A DNA stretch of 64,000 nucleotides from Callorhinchus milii (lineage: Eukaryota): the NCBI RefSeq assembly GCF_018977255.1, contig NW_024704743.1, forward strand, positions 10,728,001-10,792,000. The letters are read 5' to 3'. The notes beneath the pieces were generated by a model. It worked only from the letters and a program-made list of their open reading frames with translations. It was not told the DNA's origin and made no database searches. Positions 25,241-37,230 of the stretch are shown here, in pieces (positions within the stretch are counted from its first letter, which is position 1; the number at the start of each line of letters is the position of its first letter). The position numbers and the translations under genes are program-made.

Positions 25241-25749
25241 CCCTATTGGTTGGGTAGTCTGAGTAGGGCATGTACCATCCTCACTTCCTGGAGCTTGTCT
25301 ACACCTCCATGCTTCACTGATGTGACAGACAGAATGGTCAATGACGTGAAGAATTCTATCACTACTTATCACAAAAGGACACAACAACAGAATCTTAAAT
25401 AATACTTATTTATTAAAACTGTTCTGTAAACCAGGAAATTGCAGGGTCATGAATATGATCTGTCTGTATACTCACAATCGAACGGTTAACTGATGTGTGT
25501 GTCATTCTGTAAGTGTTCAATTTTAACGTGTAGCAGACTTGTCGCCTTAAATTCTCTGTGAGAGCTGTGTGTCTTAACTGTGAAATATTTCTGCTTGACT
25601 TTAAATTTAACTTCAAGTGTTAGACGCTGTTGAACTTGAAATAAATAATATCAAAGGCTTGGGAAAAGAACATAAGGATGGGATTGTGATAGGTAGCTGC
25701 TCGGGAGAGCTAGCACCAGACTCCTTTTGGCTCTTGCCAACCTGTGCCT

Positions 25750-25902
25750 AATAGTAATAATTCTTGCATTTGATAGCATAATAACAATAATAATAATCCT
25801 TGCATTTGTTATAGGGTATTCGAGATGTCTCAAAGCGCTTCACAGAATATACTGCAAAGTGAATTGGCTTTATATTTTGAGAGCAAAATACAGAAGCCAA
25901 TT
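25750..25902 (-). mobile_element. SINE 3' fragment with doubled tail
   Basis: Two copies of aataat(t/c)cttgcatttg, then tctcaaagcgcttcacagaatatactg..gccaatt. Confidence 0.75.
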
Positions 25903-25993
25903 AAATCCCCGTGCATTTCACCAAACAAACTACTCTATCATGATGATGTTCAGAATCTATTTTGCACCCTGTGGATTTGGTTTCAGAGTGTTA
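25899..25993 (+). repeat. 95-bp direct repeat, copy 1 (copy 2 at 31416-31510)
   Basis: 94/95 identical by eye; single C/T difference at 25933 vs 31450. Confidence 0.95.
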
Positions 25994-26279
25994 ACTTGTA
26001 TTAAGATCCAATACTCCACAAGTAATCATCGTTCATCTGTAACTATTGGATCGTTGGAGGAGATCCCAGCCATGAGTTGACTGCATTAACCATGAAATTA
26101 ACTGTAGACCATGATGGTAATTCCAAGGTATCTTTTTCAACACCCTTTGGGGCTATTTCTGCTATGACTCAATTTACTGTGAACTGAAGTATGCACTAAT
26201 AAATTCCCTGAAAAAGAGGGCTACAAATTATATTCATTTTAATTGGATGTACAACAAATGCAAATAAACCCCTATGCTA

Positions 26280-26850
26280 TGAGCCCTCATGCATGTCACC
26301 TCCCGCCCGGAGTATTCAAACGCACTCCTCGTCGATCTCTCAGCTCCACTTTTCAAAAAATCCAGCTCATTCAGAACTCTGCTGTCCGCATACTTACCTG
26401 GAGCAAACTCTGTACCCCTATCTCACCAGTTCTGGACAGGCTTTACTGGCTCTCCGTCACCGAACAGATTGATTTCAAGATCCTCACAATCATGTTCAAA
26501 TCCTTCACTCCCTGGCACCTCCCTATGTCTCCAACCTCCTCACTCCCCAATCCACCAGCCAGCGACTACGCTTGAGGCACCGGCCTCCTACTTGTCCCTC
26601 GCACCCTCCGCTCCACCATTGGAAGTTGTGCTTTCATCCACTACATCCATAAACTGTGGAACACTCTCCCTCAATCCCTCCGCCTTGCACCCTTTCTCCC
26701 CTTTTTCAAGTCCTGCCTGAAACCTTCCTTTATGACCATGCTTACAGTCACCTTGCCCCCTCCCAGCTCGGAGTCAGGCTCCACCAGTGTTATGCACTGA
26801 GATACTACCCTTTGTGGAGGCACTATATAAGTGCAAGTTGTTATTGTTGT
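26280..26850 (+). mobile_element. L2 LINE 3' fragment
   Basis: VTSRPEYSNALL, KIQLIQNSAVRIL, LYWLSV..IDFKIL; tail gcaagttgttattgttg. Confidence 0.88.
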
Positions 26851-26851
26851 T

Positions 26852-27235
26852 GAGTCAGAAGATTGTGGGTTCAAACCCCACATTGGAACTTGGAACTCAG
26901 ATGTAAGATGATACTCCAATTAAGCGTTGGGGGCTTACTCCATTGTTGGAGGTGCAGCCCATCGGATGAGACATTAAACTGAGGTCCCATCTACCTGTCC
27001 AGGTGATGTTAAAGATCTCATTGCACTGTTTGAAAAGAAAGCAAGTTTTTCCCGGTGTCTTGGCCAACAATACTCAAAATTAAAAAAAATTGGTCATTCA
27101 TTTTATGGTTGTTTGTGGGACATTGCTGTGTGCAAAAGTTTGCATTTTACCCACATAAAAGACAATCACTGCATCTTACAGTATGTCCTGTGAACACTTT
27201 GAGACATCCTCTCAATGCAAAAGGTACTATAATAA
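26852..27235 (+). mobile_element. Deu-domain SINE family B
   Basis: gagtcagaagattgtgggttcaaacccc, ggatgagacattaaactgagg, Deu core. Confidence 0.8.
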
Positions 27236-27919
27236 CAATAATCCTTGCTTTTGATGTAGCATCTTTCATGTCAGAAGGACTTCTCAAAGAGGCTCACAGG
27301 ATTTACTGTGTATTTTTTGCTAAACACAGCAACCCAATTGCACACAGCAGTGACCCACAAACAGCCACACCAAATGTGAAGATTATTATTACTATAAATA
27401 TATGTCACCTTTCCACAAAACTTATTGGCTTATCTGAATAGAAAAGACAATAAATATTTAAAAACTCCACTGATCAGTGTGGTACATTGAGGTTAGCTAC
27501 ATAAGTATAAAACTGCAGTGATCCATGCAACACAGCGGGGTTGACTGTACAAGTTTTAACTAGTTTGCAGTGCTTTCTTTTCTTTAATGAGATACGATAT
27601 CTAAGATAAAATTAACGAAACTGAATTGTAACTGTTTGAACATAAAGGCCCCCACACAACAACTGGTGAAAACAGATCATATCTCATAACGAAAAAGTAA
27701 AAAATTTAACAAACCAAAGTAAAAAAACATTTATAAATAAATCCAGCAAACTGCGTTCGGTTGAATCAAGACAACAGGAAGAGAGGGTACAGGGTTCAAG
27801 GTTACGAAGGGCAGTTTAAGAGCACATACTAAGAAACATTTCTTTAAAGAGATCGGAGTGAGAAAAAAACTGAAGCATGTTACAACAACTTGCATTTGTG
27901 TAGTGCTCTTCATTTAGGG

Positions 27920-28185
27920 CAGAGCAATCCAATTGGGAGCCCAGGGGCTGCAACCAGCCCAGGGATGATTTCATCTGACCCGTGAACCATTTCCAACTTT
28001 ATCGTCCAACGAGAAAATACAGACAACACACGGGCGCTGAGACAAACCAGGAGGCGGTCAACAGGGGCTCAAGCTTTACCCAGCAACAGGACTGGTCAAT
28101 CAGAAAAATATATTGCTTATGCGGCCCACAAATGTTTCTCAAATCCAGCATCTGGCCCTCAGCAGCCAAAAGGTTTGACAATCTG
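27920..28185 (-). mobile_element. Non-autonomous hAT (Charlie/MER30-like) DNA transposon
   Basis: CAG..CTG ends; 8-bp TSD atttaggg (27912-27919) / acttaggg (28186-28193); minus-strand start cagattgtcaaaccttttggctgctgagggccaga; internal gcggccc motif. Confidence 0.75.
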
Positions 28186-28249
28186 ACTTAGGGTAATTTC
28201 TTAAAGCACTTCATAAGTTTGTGTTTTTTTTGGTCAACCTGCTCTCTGA

Positions 28250-28680
28250 GCCATGCGGAAACCCATCACCACGCTTAAGAGTATCCAAACTAAGCTGAAA
28301 TGTCTATGCATTCCACCTACACATGGAAATCCCAGAGATAGATTGTTGCAATGGAATGCGCATTGTCTCCCTGAAGGGATGCATCCTGCTTACCTAATTC
28401 CAGAAAGTATTAGGCACACTTTGGCAAGAGCCAAGACTTGGGCTTGCGTTGGAGTAACTGCTGAATTTTAACCAGCTAAAACCACATTGCTTGCCATTGA
28501 TATTGCTGTCTGGCAAGCTTTTCCACTGCTTGTTCAGCTAGGACAACCCTACTCGTTAGGGCTTTGTCTTGCAGAGTTAACAGAACCTGAATGTGATGAC
28601 TCCCTGCCCCAGTGACTGGTCTGGCCTTCCAGGTTCTGCCAATGAGCCAGGCTGGCTGGGCTGTAATCAGCAGTGCCTGG
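28250..28680 (+). repeat. Unnamed ancient interspersed repeat, copy 1
   Basis: Shares ggaaacccatca, ttggcaagagccaa and aatgagccaggctggctgg in order with the reverse complement of 44320-44725. Confidence 0.75.
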
Positions 28681-29174
28681 GAATGCGAGGGGAGAAAAGA
28701 GAGTTTATGAGCAGTGTGGATGCCAGATCATTGGACTTGTTTAATAAGCAGCTTGATGCTGTAGCGGGAAAACTTGTGGGATTGGTATTCTAGAAGTTGT
28801 GAAATTGGTCAAGGAATCTACTGGGTTATGAGTTGCAGTGTACAAATTAGCTGCTGTGTTTGCCAACAAAATATACAGTTACTACATTTTACCAATAAAT
28901 TCTTCCAAAACACTACTATGGGATGTCTTCCTGATATAAAAGTCTCTATAACAAATGTAAGGATTATTATTTATTGCTAATATAGGGTGATCGTGTTTAG
29001 GGAAGTAAAAGTGGATGCAGTTGTAAAATATTGTATATTTGTAAATTAGTCAATTCATTTAATGCCACGGTCAGAGACATGTACTAACTGGTTCTGCGAG
29101 TATAAATGACGTGACTCAAATACTGTGATTAGTGGTTTCATTTGAATACAGTCTTAGCCTGCCTTATGATAGGT

Positions 29175-30510
29175 GTCAGTCTGGCTCAGGTAGCACTCTT
29201 GCCTCTGAATCGAAAGGTTCTGGGATCAAACGCAAATTTAAAAATCTCGATCAAATTTCAGCATGGATACAGAAATGGCTGGGAGACAGAAAGCAGAGTG
29301 GTGGTGAACAGTTGTTTTTCTGACTGGAGGTGTGCACTGGTGTCCCCAGGGGTCAGTATTGGGACCACTGCTGTTTTTGTACTATATAAATGACCTGGAC
29401 TTGGATATAGGAAGTACAATTTCCAAGTTTGCAAAGCTAGGAAAAGTAGTAAACAGTGAGGAGGAAAGTAGCAGATTGTAAATGGACATGGACAGACTGA
29501 TAAAATGGGCAGACACATGGTAGATGAAGTTTAATGTGAAGATATGCGAAGTGATACGGGATACTAGGCTTTATAAATAGAGCCAAAAGTCAGGAAGTTA
29601 TGATGAACCTTTATAAAACATTGGTTAGGCCTCAGCTGGATTACTGTGTTCAGTTCTGGGCTCCACACTTTAGGAAGGATGTCAAGGCATTGGAAAGGGT
29701 GGAAAGGAGATTTACCAGGATGGTACCAGGAATGAGGGACTTTTTAGTTATCAGGAGAGGCCAGAGAAGCAAGGATTATTATCCTTGGAACAGAGAAGGT
29801 TAAGAAGAGACTTAATTGTTTTTCAAAATTATGAGGGGATTCGATAGCGTGAACAAGGAGAGATTATTTCTACTGACGGGTAGGTCGGTAACACAAGGAC
29901 ACCGATTTAAAATAGTTGTTAAAAGTCACAGAGGGAAAGTGAGGAGAATCTTTTTCACATAGCGAGTTGTTCGGATCTGGAATGCATTGCCTGAAAGGGT
30001 GGTGGAAGCTAATACAATAACAACTTTTAAGAGAGTAGATAATTATTTGGGGAGGACAAGTTTGCAGGACTATGGGGAGAGAGCAGAGGAGTGGGATTGA
30101 TTTGGATAGCTCTTTTCAAAGAGCCGCCACAGACATGTTTGGCCAAACGGCCTCCTTCTATTCTGTATAATTCTATGATTCTATGAAATCTTATGTTGAA
30201 ACGCCTAGTCTACTCTGACATTCTAATGCAGTGCTGAGGTGCTTCTGCATGGTTAAGTGGATGGTAATGATCCCATGGCATTATTTGAAAAGAGAAGGGA
30301 GGTTTCTCCAAGTCTCCTGGCCAACAAACCCCCAGATAAAATTAATCATTCTTTCAATGGCTGTTTTTGAGACATTGTTGTGCACAAATGAGCTACCTCT
30401 TTAGTCTACAAATTACACAGTCACTATACTTTACAATAAAACCTATGAAACACCCTGAAATGTCTTAATGATTTGATTAGGTTCTATATTATTCTGATTA
30501 TCATATTACT
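29175..30510 (+). mobile_element. Family B SINE interrupted by a CR1 insertion
   Basis: Head gtcagtctggctcagg..gcctctgaatc at 29175-29235; body resumes near 30190 with gatcccatggca..cctggccaaca..Deu core. Confidence 0.7.
29255..30185 (+). mobile_element. CR1 LINE, 5'-truncated with internal deletions
   Basis: WIQKWLGDRKQ, LYKTLVRPQLDYCVQFWAPHFRKDVKALERVERRFTRMVPG; tail ttctatgattctatga. Confidence 0.92.
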
Positions 30511-30517
30511 CAATGTT

Positions 30518-31024
30518 AATAATAATAATAATAATAATCCTTGCATTTGATATAGCGCTTTTCATGTCTTCTAGACGTCTTTTCTCTTCAACTGTGCCTT
30601 CAGCTCCCCTCTCGACTCTCTACCCCCTCCTCGCTCCCTCCCTTCCCTCCCCTGACCATTTCCCCCCTGCTCAGGTCCCGACCCAACTGTCCAGTGCCTT
30701 GGGACGTCCTCCCGACGTGAAAGGCGCTCTATAAATGCAATCTTGTTGTTGTTGCTGTTGTCTCAAAGCGCTTCACAGAATAGACTGTAAAGTGAATTGA
30801 CTGTATATTTGTGGGCGAACGCGGCAGCCAATTGCACACAGCAATGTCCCAAAAACAGTCGTAGATTGAAAATGACCAATTTATTATTGTTTTTGTTTTT
30901 GGAGGGATTATTATTAGGCGTGTGGAGTGAGGAAACTTGCCCAAGGTTTCGCCCTGCCTGGAATTGAACTCAGGTCTTTCACTTGCAAAGCGAGTGCTCT
31001 AACCATTGAGCTACAGGACTCCAC
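30518..31024 (-). mobile_element. Family A SINE, short form, interrupted by an L2 3' fragment
   Basis: Tail 30518-30580, body 30760-31024, gtct on both sides of the insert. Confidence 0.9.
30581..30760 (+). mobile_element. Young L2 3' end (about 180 bp)
   Basis: Matches the 3' ends of L2 copies at 35800-35954 and 62680-62867; (ttg)n tail. Confidence 0.92.
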
Positions 31025-31042
31025 TTTTTCAAATAAAAAGTT

Positions 31043-31340
31043 GAAGGTGCCGTCTTTCAGATGAGACATTAAACTGAGGTCTCGTGGACATTAGACACCA
31101 TATGGCACTGTTGCTAAAGAGAAAGAAGTTTCTTCAGTTGTTCTGGCCAAACAATCCCCCAGATAAAATTGGTCACTCACTTCATGGCTTTTTGTGGGAC
31201 ATTGCTGTTTACAAATGGCTTCTGCATTCATCCACAAAATAAACAGTAACTACATCTTACAGTAAATTCTGTGAAGGACTTTTAAATGTCTTCTTGACAT
31301 GAAAAGCGCTCTATTGAATGTAATGATTTTTATTATTATT
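31043..31340 (+). mobile_element. Deu-domain SINE family B fragment
   Basis: ggtgccgtctttcagatgagacattaaactgagg..tttgtgggacattgctg..tail. Confidence 0.8.
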
Positions 31341-31415
31341 TGCATTAATATGCTTATCATAGTTTTCTCTTAGTATTGTTCACCTGATATATTTTCTAGT
31401 GACGGTTATTGTTAA

Positions 31416-31510
31416 AATTAAATCCCCGTGCATTTCACCAAACAAACTATTCTATCATGATGATGTTCAGAATCTATTTTGCACCCTGTGGATTTGGTTT
31501 CAGAGTGTTA
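31416..31510 (+). repeat. 95-bp direct repeat, copy 2
   Basis: See 25899-25993. Confidence 0.95.
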
Positions 31511-31542
31511 GAATGCAGAATTTTGCATTGGAAAAATGAAAA

Positions 31543-31760
31543 GAGCAGTAGAAATTTCACCTTTCCTCGATTTTCTTAGCATTTCAGAGGATCCAGAATT
31601 TGGCAAATTCTTGAGACTGATTTCATATCTTTTAAGATTTTCTCTGCAGAGAAAAATTACTTCAATGTTAAGGTTTAGTTTGACAATTTTCCAATTTCTA
31701 GGAGCTCCAAAATGCTAGAGAAATGGAAGAAATCTAGATACAGGTGGAACATCTACTCCT
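31543..31760. repeat. Degenerate palindromic (foldback/MITE-like) element
   Basis: Perfect 18-bp palindrome ttttctctgcagagaaaa at 31638-31655; outer arms pair (agtaga/tctact, cacct/aggtg, tagcattt/aaatgcta). Confidence 0.65.
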
Positions 31761-32479
31761 GTGTTTGTGAAAGTTGTGTTGTTATTTTGCCTAGGGCCAG
31801 GTGTGTTGAGGGAGGTGTGGGAATGTTTGGTGCTTCACCTGAGAAAGGATGGCAAGCTCATATATCAGTCAAGGCTGACAATTGAAATCGTTGTTGTATT
31901 TCTCAATGACTAAAGCTGCTTAAGACAGTAATTTGGTAAATTGTTCTAAGATTTAAGGATGGGTGGATTATAGCTGAATAGACAAATTGGGTGAATACTC
32001 AAGTAAATAATTTCCTTGAATGTGAACAGAAAATGTACCTGCAATATATTATAATTAGATTGAGTTCATTTTATGTAATATCATGATAACACGGCCCCTG
32101 ATATTGCAACTATATAAAATATTCATGAATTCAGTGCTGCTTTCAATACCAGCTTAGTCAATTTAAAAGGAAAATAGCTACTTCTGAAAGATATCTTGTC
32201 AACATACATTTCTGTCACCATCTTTGATGTTCATCCTTTCTCTCTCATTGTTATGGTAATTGCTTCAGCTCTCACTATATTCACACTGACTCTCACAATT
32301 CCCATTGGCAGAAATAACAATAATAATCCTTACATTTGATATAGAACCTTTCACATGTCAAGATGTCTCAAAGCACTTCATAGGATTTTATTGCAAATCA
32401 TAGTAACTGTGTATTTGTAGGTAATGTATTTTTATCATGGCTGCTCATGGGACATATAGCAATGTCATAGATTTTCTGC

Positions 32480-32773
32480 ATTTTTGGAGATGTCATCCTT
32501 GAATTGAGACGTTAAACCGAGATCCGGTCGGTGCTTGATCAAATCACGCTACACTGTTCGAAAATAAATATTTCCTTGCACCCTGACCAATAATCCATCA
32601 GATAAAATTGTCATTCACTTCCTGTTTATGGCACATTACTATTCACAAATTGGCTGCCACTTTTGCGTGCAAATCACAGTCACTGCACCTCACAGTAAAA
32701 TTATGTGAAGCGCTTTGAGAGGTCTTGGCGACATGTTAAGGCACTATATCAAATGCAAAGATTATTATTATTA
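32480..32773 (+). mobile_element. Deu-domain SINE family B fragment
   Basis: tgagacgttaaaccgag..caaattggctgcc..tgtgaagcgctttgag..tail. Confidence 0.75.
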
Positions 32774-32841
32774 ATATAAAACAAATGTTCTGGAGTGACA
32801 GAAATTGGGGTGAGCCTGTTGCACCCATCACTGATCTCTAT

Positions 32842-32855
32842 GTTGCCTGGGTAAC
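32842..32855. promoter_or_regulatory. RFX X-box-like motif GTTGCCTGGGTAAC
   Basis: Fits GTNRCC(N0-3)RGYAAC and sits inside a longer inverted repeat ctgatct..agatcag; function untested. Confidence 0.35.
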
Positions 32856-33499
32856 AGATCAGGTTACAAAAAAGGGGGGAACATGCAGCTGGAGTCTAAT
32901 CATTCGGTCTATATTCAAAACACCAGCTGTGCAGCGTTAGTAGCAAGTGCCAATGTATTTGAAACACATTTTACATTCTTAGTTGGCAGAGCGCCAATGG
33001 TGGAATCCCAACACTTAATTTTATATCTGGAGTTGATGGAAATTCCAAACATGCATCAACCATGAAATTTATTTTCAAATTAGCCACACATTTTAGGGTT
33101 TAACTGGATTAAATATTTTACGTACAGTGTTTCTTCATCAGTTTATTCATCAGTGTTTCTGTCACATTCCTTGTAACATCACTTTCTAGTTGATTGTGCC
33201 AATTCAGATTTATTCTATACGCTTGAATTAGGCGGATCATTTGATGACAGTGCGACAGTCTTGTGGGAAAAATGTGCCACTTTCAGTTGACCCTTCAGGT
33301 TGATTTGCTTTTCTTCAGCAGATTGAAACCTGTTGTGCTGATCTTGCCAGAAATTGCCAAAGCAGACAGATAACCCAACACAATTCATTTAAGTGGAATT
33401 CACCCAAATGTAGGGCTGAAATATGTCGAGCAAAAATAATTATTTATCCAAATCTTCCCCAAATTTATGATATTTTTGGATGCATCGAGACAACTGTAC

Positions 33500-33735
33500 A
33501 TGAACTTTAGGATTGCAAAGCGGAATTTCACGACAGACACCAGGAAGTATTATTTTTACCCAGTGGGTAATGAACAACTGGAACAGTTTCCAGGAAGGAT
33601 AGTTGAAGCCAGGATACTGACTCATTTATAAAAACACCCTAAGGTTATGATGGGAGGACGGTCAGTGGGTATTTTGGAAACGTGAGATCAAACGGGATAG
33701 AAAGCCTTCTTCATCCGAACTCTCTTGTGATCTTG
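33500..33735 (+). mobile_element. CR1 LINE 3' fragment (old)
   Basis: caggaagtattatttttacccagtgggtaatgaacaactggaacag (FTQxVxxxWN); tail cttgtgatcttgtga. Confidence 0.7.
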
Positions 33736-33871
33736 TGAAGTATGTACCCACCATCAGAGCAAGCTAACTTAATTACAAAAACATTTATATAATTTGAATA
33801 ATTCCTTCAAAAAAAATAAAAAAATATTTGGTCATTCAATCCACGACTGTTTGTGGAATACTGCTGTGTGC

Positions 33872-34200
33872 AATAATAAAAATAATCCTTGCATTTAATA
33901 TAGACGTCTCAAAGCGCTTCACAGAATATATACTCTAAAGTGAATTTGCTGTAAATTTTGTGGGCGAAACTCAGTAGCCAATTGAGCAAAGAAATGTCCC
34001 ACAAACAGTCGTGGATTGAGTGCCCAATTTCCTTTTTTAGGGAATTATTACCCCTGGAAAAGCATATCTGCCAATTGACTAAGTATTGGGTTCCAACTTA
34101 CTGCTAGGTAAACAGAGTGTAGAGTAAAGAAACTTGCCCAACGTTTTGCCCTGCCGGGAATCGAACCCAGGTCTCTCGCTTGCGAGGTGAGGGCTCTAAC
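33872..34200 (-). mobile_element. Family A SINE, long form
   Basis: cttactgctaggtaaacagag (long-form block reversed), ggaatcgaaccc B box reversed; abuts a plus-strand Deu fragment at about 33800-33875. Confidence 0.85.
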
Positions 34201-34395
34201 GCTTGGTGGTTTAAGCTTGTTTTCTTTTAAGCTGTTAGTGTGCCCAAAAATGAATGAAGAAATACCCATGACATCAGTGCAATATTCAGTGCATCGGTAT
34301 GACTGGCTGTCATCCGGGAAAGGTGATTTATAAAATGGAGCAAAGTCCAGAAGAGCTTGGAAGCATTCCCATGTCTGTGTAGTTTGGAAATAAAG

Positions 34396-35954
34396 CATCT
34401 CACAGATATCATCAACCTGTTCCTCTCCCATTCCCCTAAAAACTGCCACATCACTCCATGTTTGAAAAAACCCTACCGTGATGGGTTGCAGCTATCAAGC
34501 AACCGACCTATCTCCAATCTCCCCTTCCTGTCCAAGGTCCTTGAAAGAGTTGTCACCTCCCAGCTGCACTCTTTCTTCTCCACCCATTCATTATTCAAAC
34601 CCCTTCAGTCGGGTTTCCGTGCTGCCCATAGCACAGAAACCGCCCTGGTCAAGGTCACTAATGACATCTTGACCATCTGCGACCAGGGCTCCCTCTGCCT
34701 CCTCGTCCTCCTCGACCTATCGGCCGCATTCGATACGGTCAACCATGCTACCCTGCTCCAACGCTTGTCCTCCCACCTCTACTTTCAAGGCCCTGTCCTT
34801 GAGTGGTTTAGGTTGTACCTCTCCCACCGTCTTCATTTTGTTTCCACAAATGGCTTTTCCTCCAGTCACTGCACTGTTTCGTGCAGTATCCCTCAGGGCT
34901 CTGTCCTCGGTCCCCTCCTCTTCACCCTCTATATGCTCCCCCTTGGTGACATCATCCGCAGACATGGGGTTAACTTCCACATGTATGCAGATGACACCCA
35001 ACTCTACCTTTCCTCTTCTACCCTCAACTCCACGACCACCGATGTCCTGACAGCTTGCCTGTCCGACATTGAGTCCTGGACGAGAGACAACTTTCTTCAG
35101 CTCAACGTGCACAAAACTGAGGCCTTCCTGATTGGCTCACGTCAGCGCCTCCGCACCTCAGGCGCCGACAGCATCAGCATCCAAGGCTGCACTCTCCACC
35201 TCTCAAAGCCAGTCAGGAACCTTGGCGTTCTGTTCGACCCTGAGCTGTCCTTTCTCCCTCATATCCGCGCCACAACTGGCACCGCCTTCCATCACCTCCG
35301 AAACATCGCCAGACTACGGCACTACCTCACCCCTCACGCTGCTGAAACTCTGGTCCACGCCTTTATCACATCAAGGCTGGACTATGGGAACTCTCTCCTC
35401 GCCGGCCTTCCCGGCACCTCCCTCCACAAGCTGCAGGTCATTCAGAACTCTGCAGCTCGTGTACTGTCCCGCACCAGGCTTCGCGACCACATCACTCCCA
35501 CCCTCGCTCACCTCCACTGGCCTCCACATGCCTCCATCCCCCAGAGGATCGAATTCAAGATCCTCATCCTCACCTACAAGGGCATTCACGGCCTTGCTCC
35601 CTCCTACCTCTCTGACCTACTATTCCCCCTACTTACGTGACCGTACCCTCCGATCCTCTGGCTCCGGTCTGCTCCACATCCCCCGCCCCAACCGCCCTAC
35701 CATCGGTGGCCGGGCTTTCAGCCCTTAGGCTCTGGAACTTCATCCCCCAGTGCCTTCGCCTTCCTTCCTCCCTTTCCTCCTTCAAAGCCAGTCTCAAGAC
35801 CTTTCTCTTCGACCGTGCCTTCAGCTCCCCTCTCAACTCTCTACCCCCTCCTCGCTCGCTCCCTCCCTTCCCTCCCCTGTCCAACGCCTTGGGACATCCT
35901 CCCGACGTGAAAGGCGCTCTATAAATGCAATCTTCTTGTTGTTGTTGCTGTTGT
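34396..35954 (+). mobile_element. L2 LINE, 5'-truncated, ORF2 reverse transcriptase
   Basis: [53 protein letters not shown]; small insertion (WPPHAS) and late frameshift; (ttg)n tail. Confidence 0.97.
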
Positions 35955-36365
35955 TTCAGCCTAGCTCAGTTGTTACCACTCTCTGTCAGAAGGTTGTGAG
36001 CTTAAGCTTCACCTTGGGACTTGGGAGCCAGTTCACAATCTAGGCTGACACAGCGGTGCAGTGCTGGGGGAGCGCTGCACTGTTGGCGGTGCCATCTGCA
36101 CCTTTCCACAGGTGGACAATAAAGATTGCACAATAAACAACAAAGATCAATAAAGATAAAACATGACGCCATGTGAAAAGAGAAGGGAGTTTCTCTGTCC
36201 TGGCCAACAATTCCCCCAGATACAATTGGTCATTCACTTCACAGCTGTTTGTGGGACATTGTTGTGTGCAAATTGGCTACCATGTCCAGCTACAAAAATA
36301 CACAGCCACTACACTTTGCACTGAATCCTTTGAGATGTCCTCCTGATATGAATGGTGCTATATTC
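35955..36365 (+). mobile_element. Deu-domain SINE family B
   Basis: tcagcctagctcagttg head, gcgctgcactgttggcggtgcc, Deu core. Confidence 0.8.
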
Positions 36366-36367
36366 AG

Positions 36368-36610
36368 TGTGACAGCAGAACAAGAGGACATAGATGTTTA
36401 GAGTTGTAAAGGGCAATTTCATGACTGATAGCAGGAAGTTTTTCTTTACTCATAGGGTAATCAATGACTGGAACCAAGTTGTCAGAAAATGTGGTAGAGA
36501 CCAGATCACTGGATTCATTTAAAAAGCAACTTGATGTTGTCATGGTGGGGGATGGTGGGGTGGGTGTGTTGGTGGGATGAAATTAGATGTGCCAAAGGGC
36601 CTTCTTCAAC
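36368..36610 (+). mobile_element. CR1 LINE 3' fragment (old)
   Basis: agaacaagaggacat (RTRGH), aggaagtttttctttactcatagggta (RKFFFTHRV). Confidence 0.75.
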
Positions 36611-37212
36611 CACCACCACCGCCAGCAAATGTCATTTGTGTAGCAAGTCGGGAGGATGTCTCAAGGCACTGGTCACCAATCTTATGATTTTGTTACATGT
36701 AAGGGGCAGTTTTACATCTAATTTCATTTCTGTTGTATTTTTTTCTGCGCACACATTAAGGAGACTTTTTTTATTGTGACATGTCTGTGTAAAACTGTTT
36801 TCAGTTTGGTTCAGGTCAAGAGAAGGAAAGAGGAATGCTGTATCATTTATGGGGCAGGTGTCTGTAAGTGAAAGGGTAAAATTCTACTTCCCCAACTGAG
36901 TAATATTCAGTGTGAAAAGTTTTGAGAAATTTGGCTCTCAATATGGAACTCGTAGTTGAGACAAAGTTAATTTTTGTAAGTGATTGTCAAATGGTTAACA
37001 TATTTGTGACTCCACAACCTATACTGAGTGTGTAAACAAGGCTGCGACTGAGGCAGTTCAGTGAAAATAAAAATAAATGTCAGGGTCACTGTTAGAACAG
37101 AGAATACCGCACATCGCTGTCAATGTGTCACTCTATCAGATTCTCTGTGTTATAGTCACATCATAAATTTAAATTGATCCTTGTAGTTCCTAGTACACAG
37201 GTACATTCAGAA

Positions 37213-37230
37213 ACACACACACACACACAC
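37213..37230. repeat. (AC)n microsatellite
   Basis: About 9 AC units. Confidence 0.9.

Noticed and set aside
25940..25993. C/D box snoRNA in the 95-bp duplicate (ATGATGA)
   Set aside because: No downstream CTGA D box on that strand within the repeat and no terminal stem.
34233..34323. Possible plus-strand exon after ttttcttttaag
   Set aside because: Weak donor (gtgatt), wedged between a SINE and an L2, peptide not recognised.
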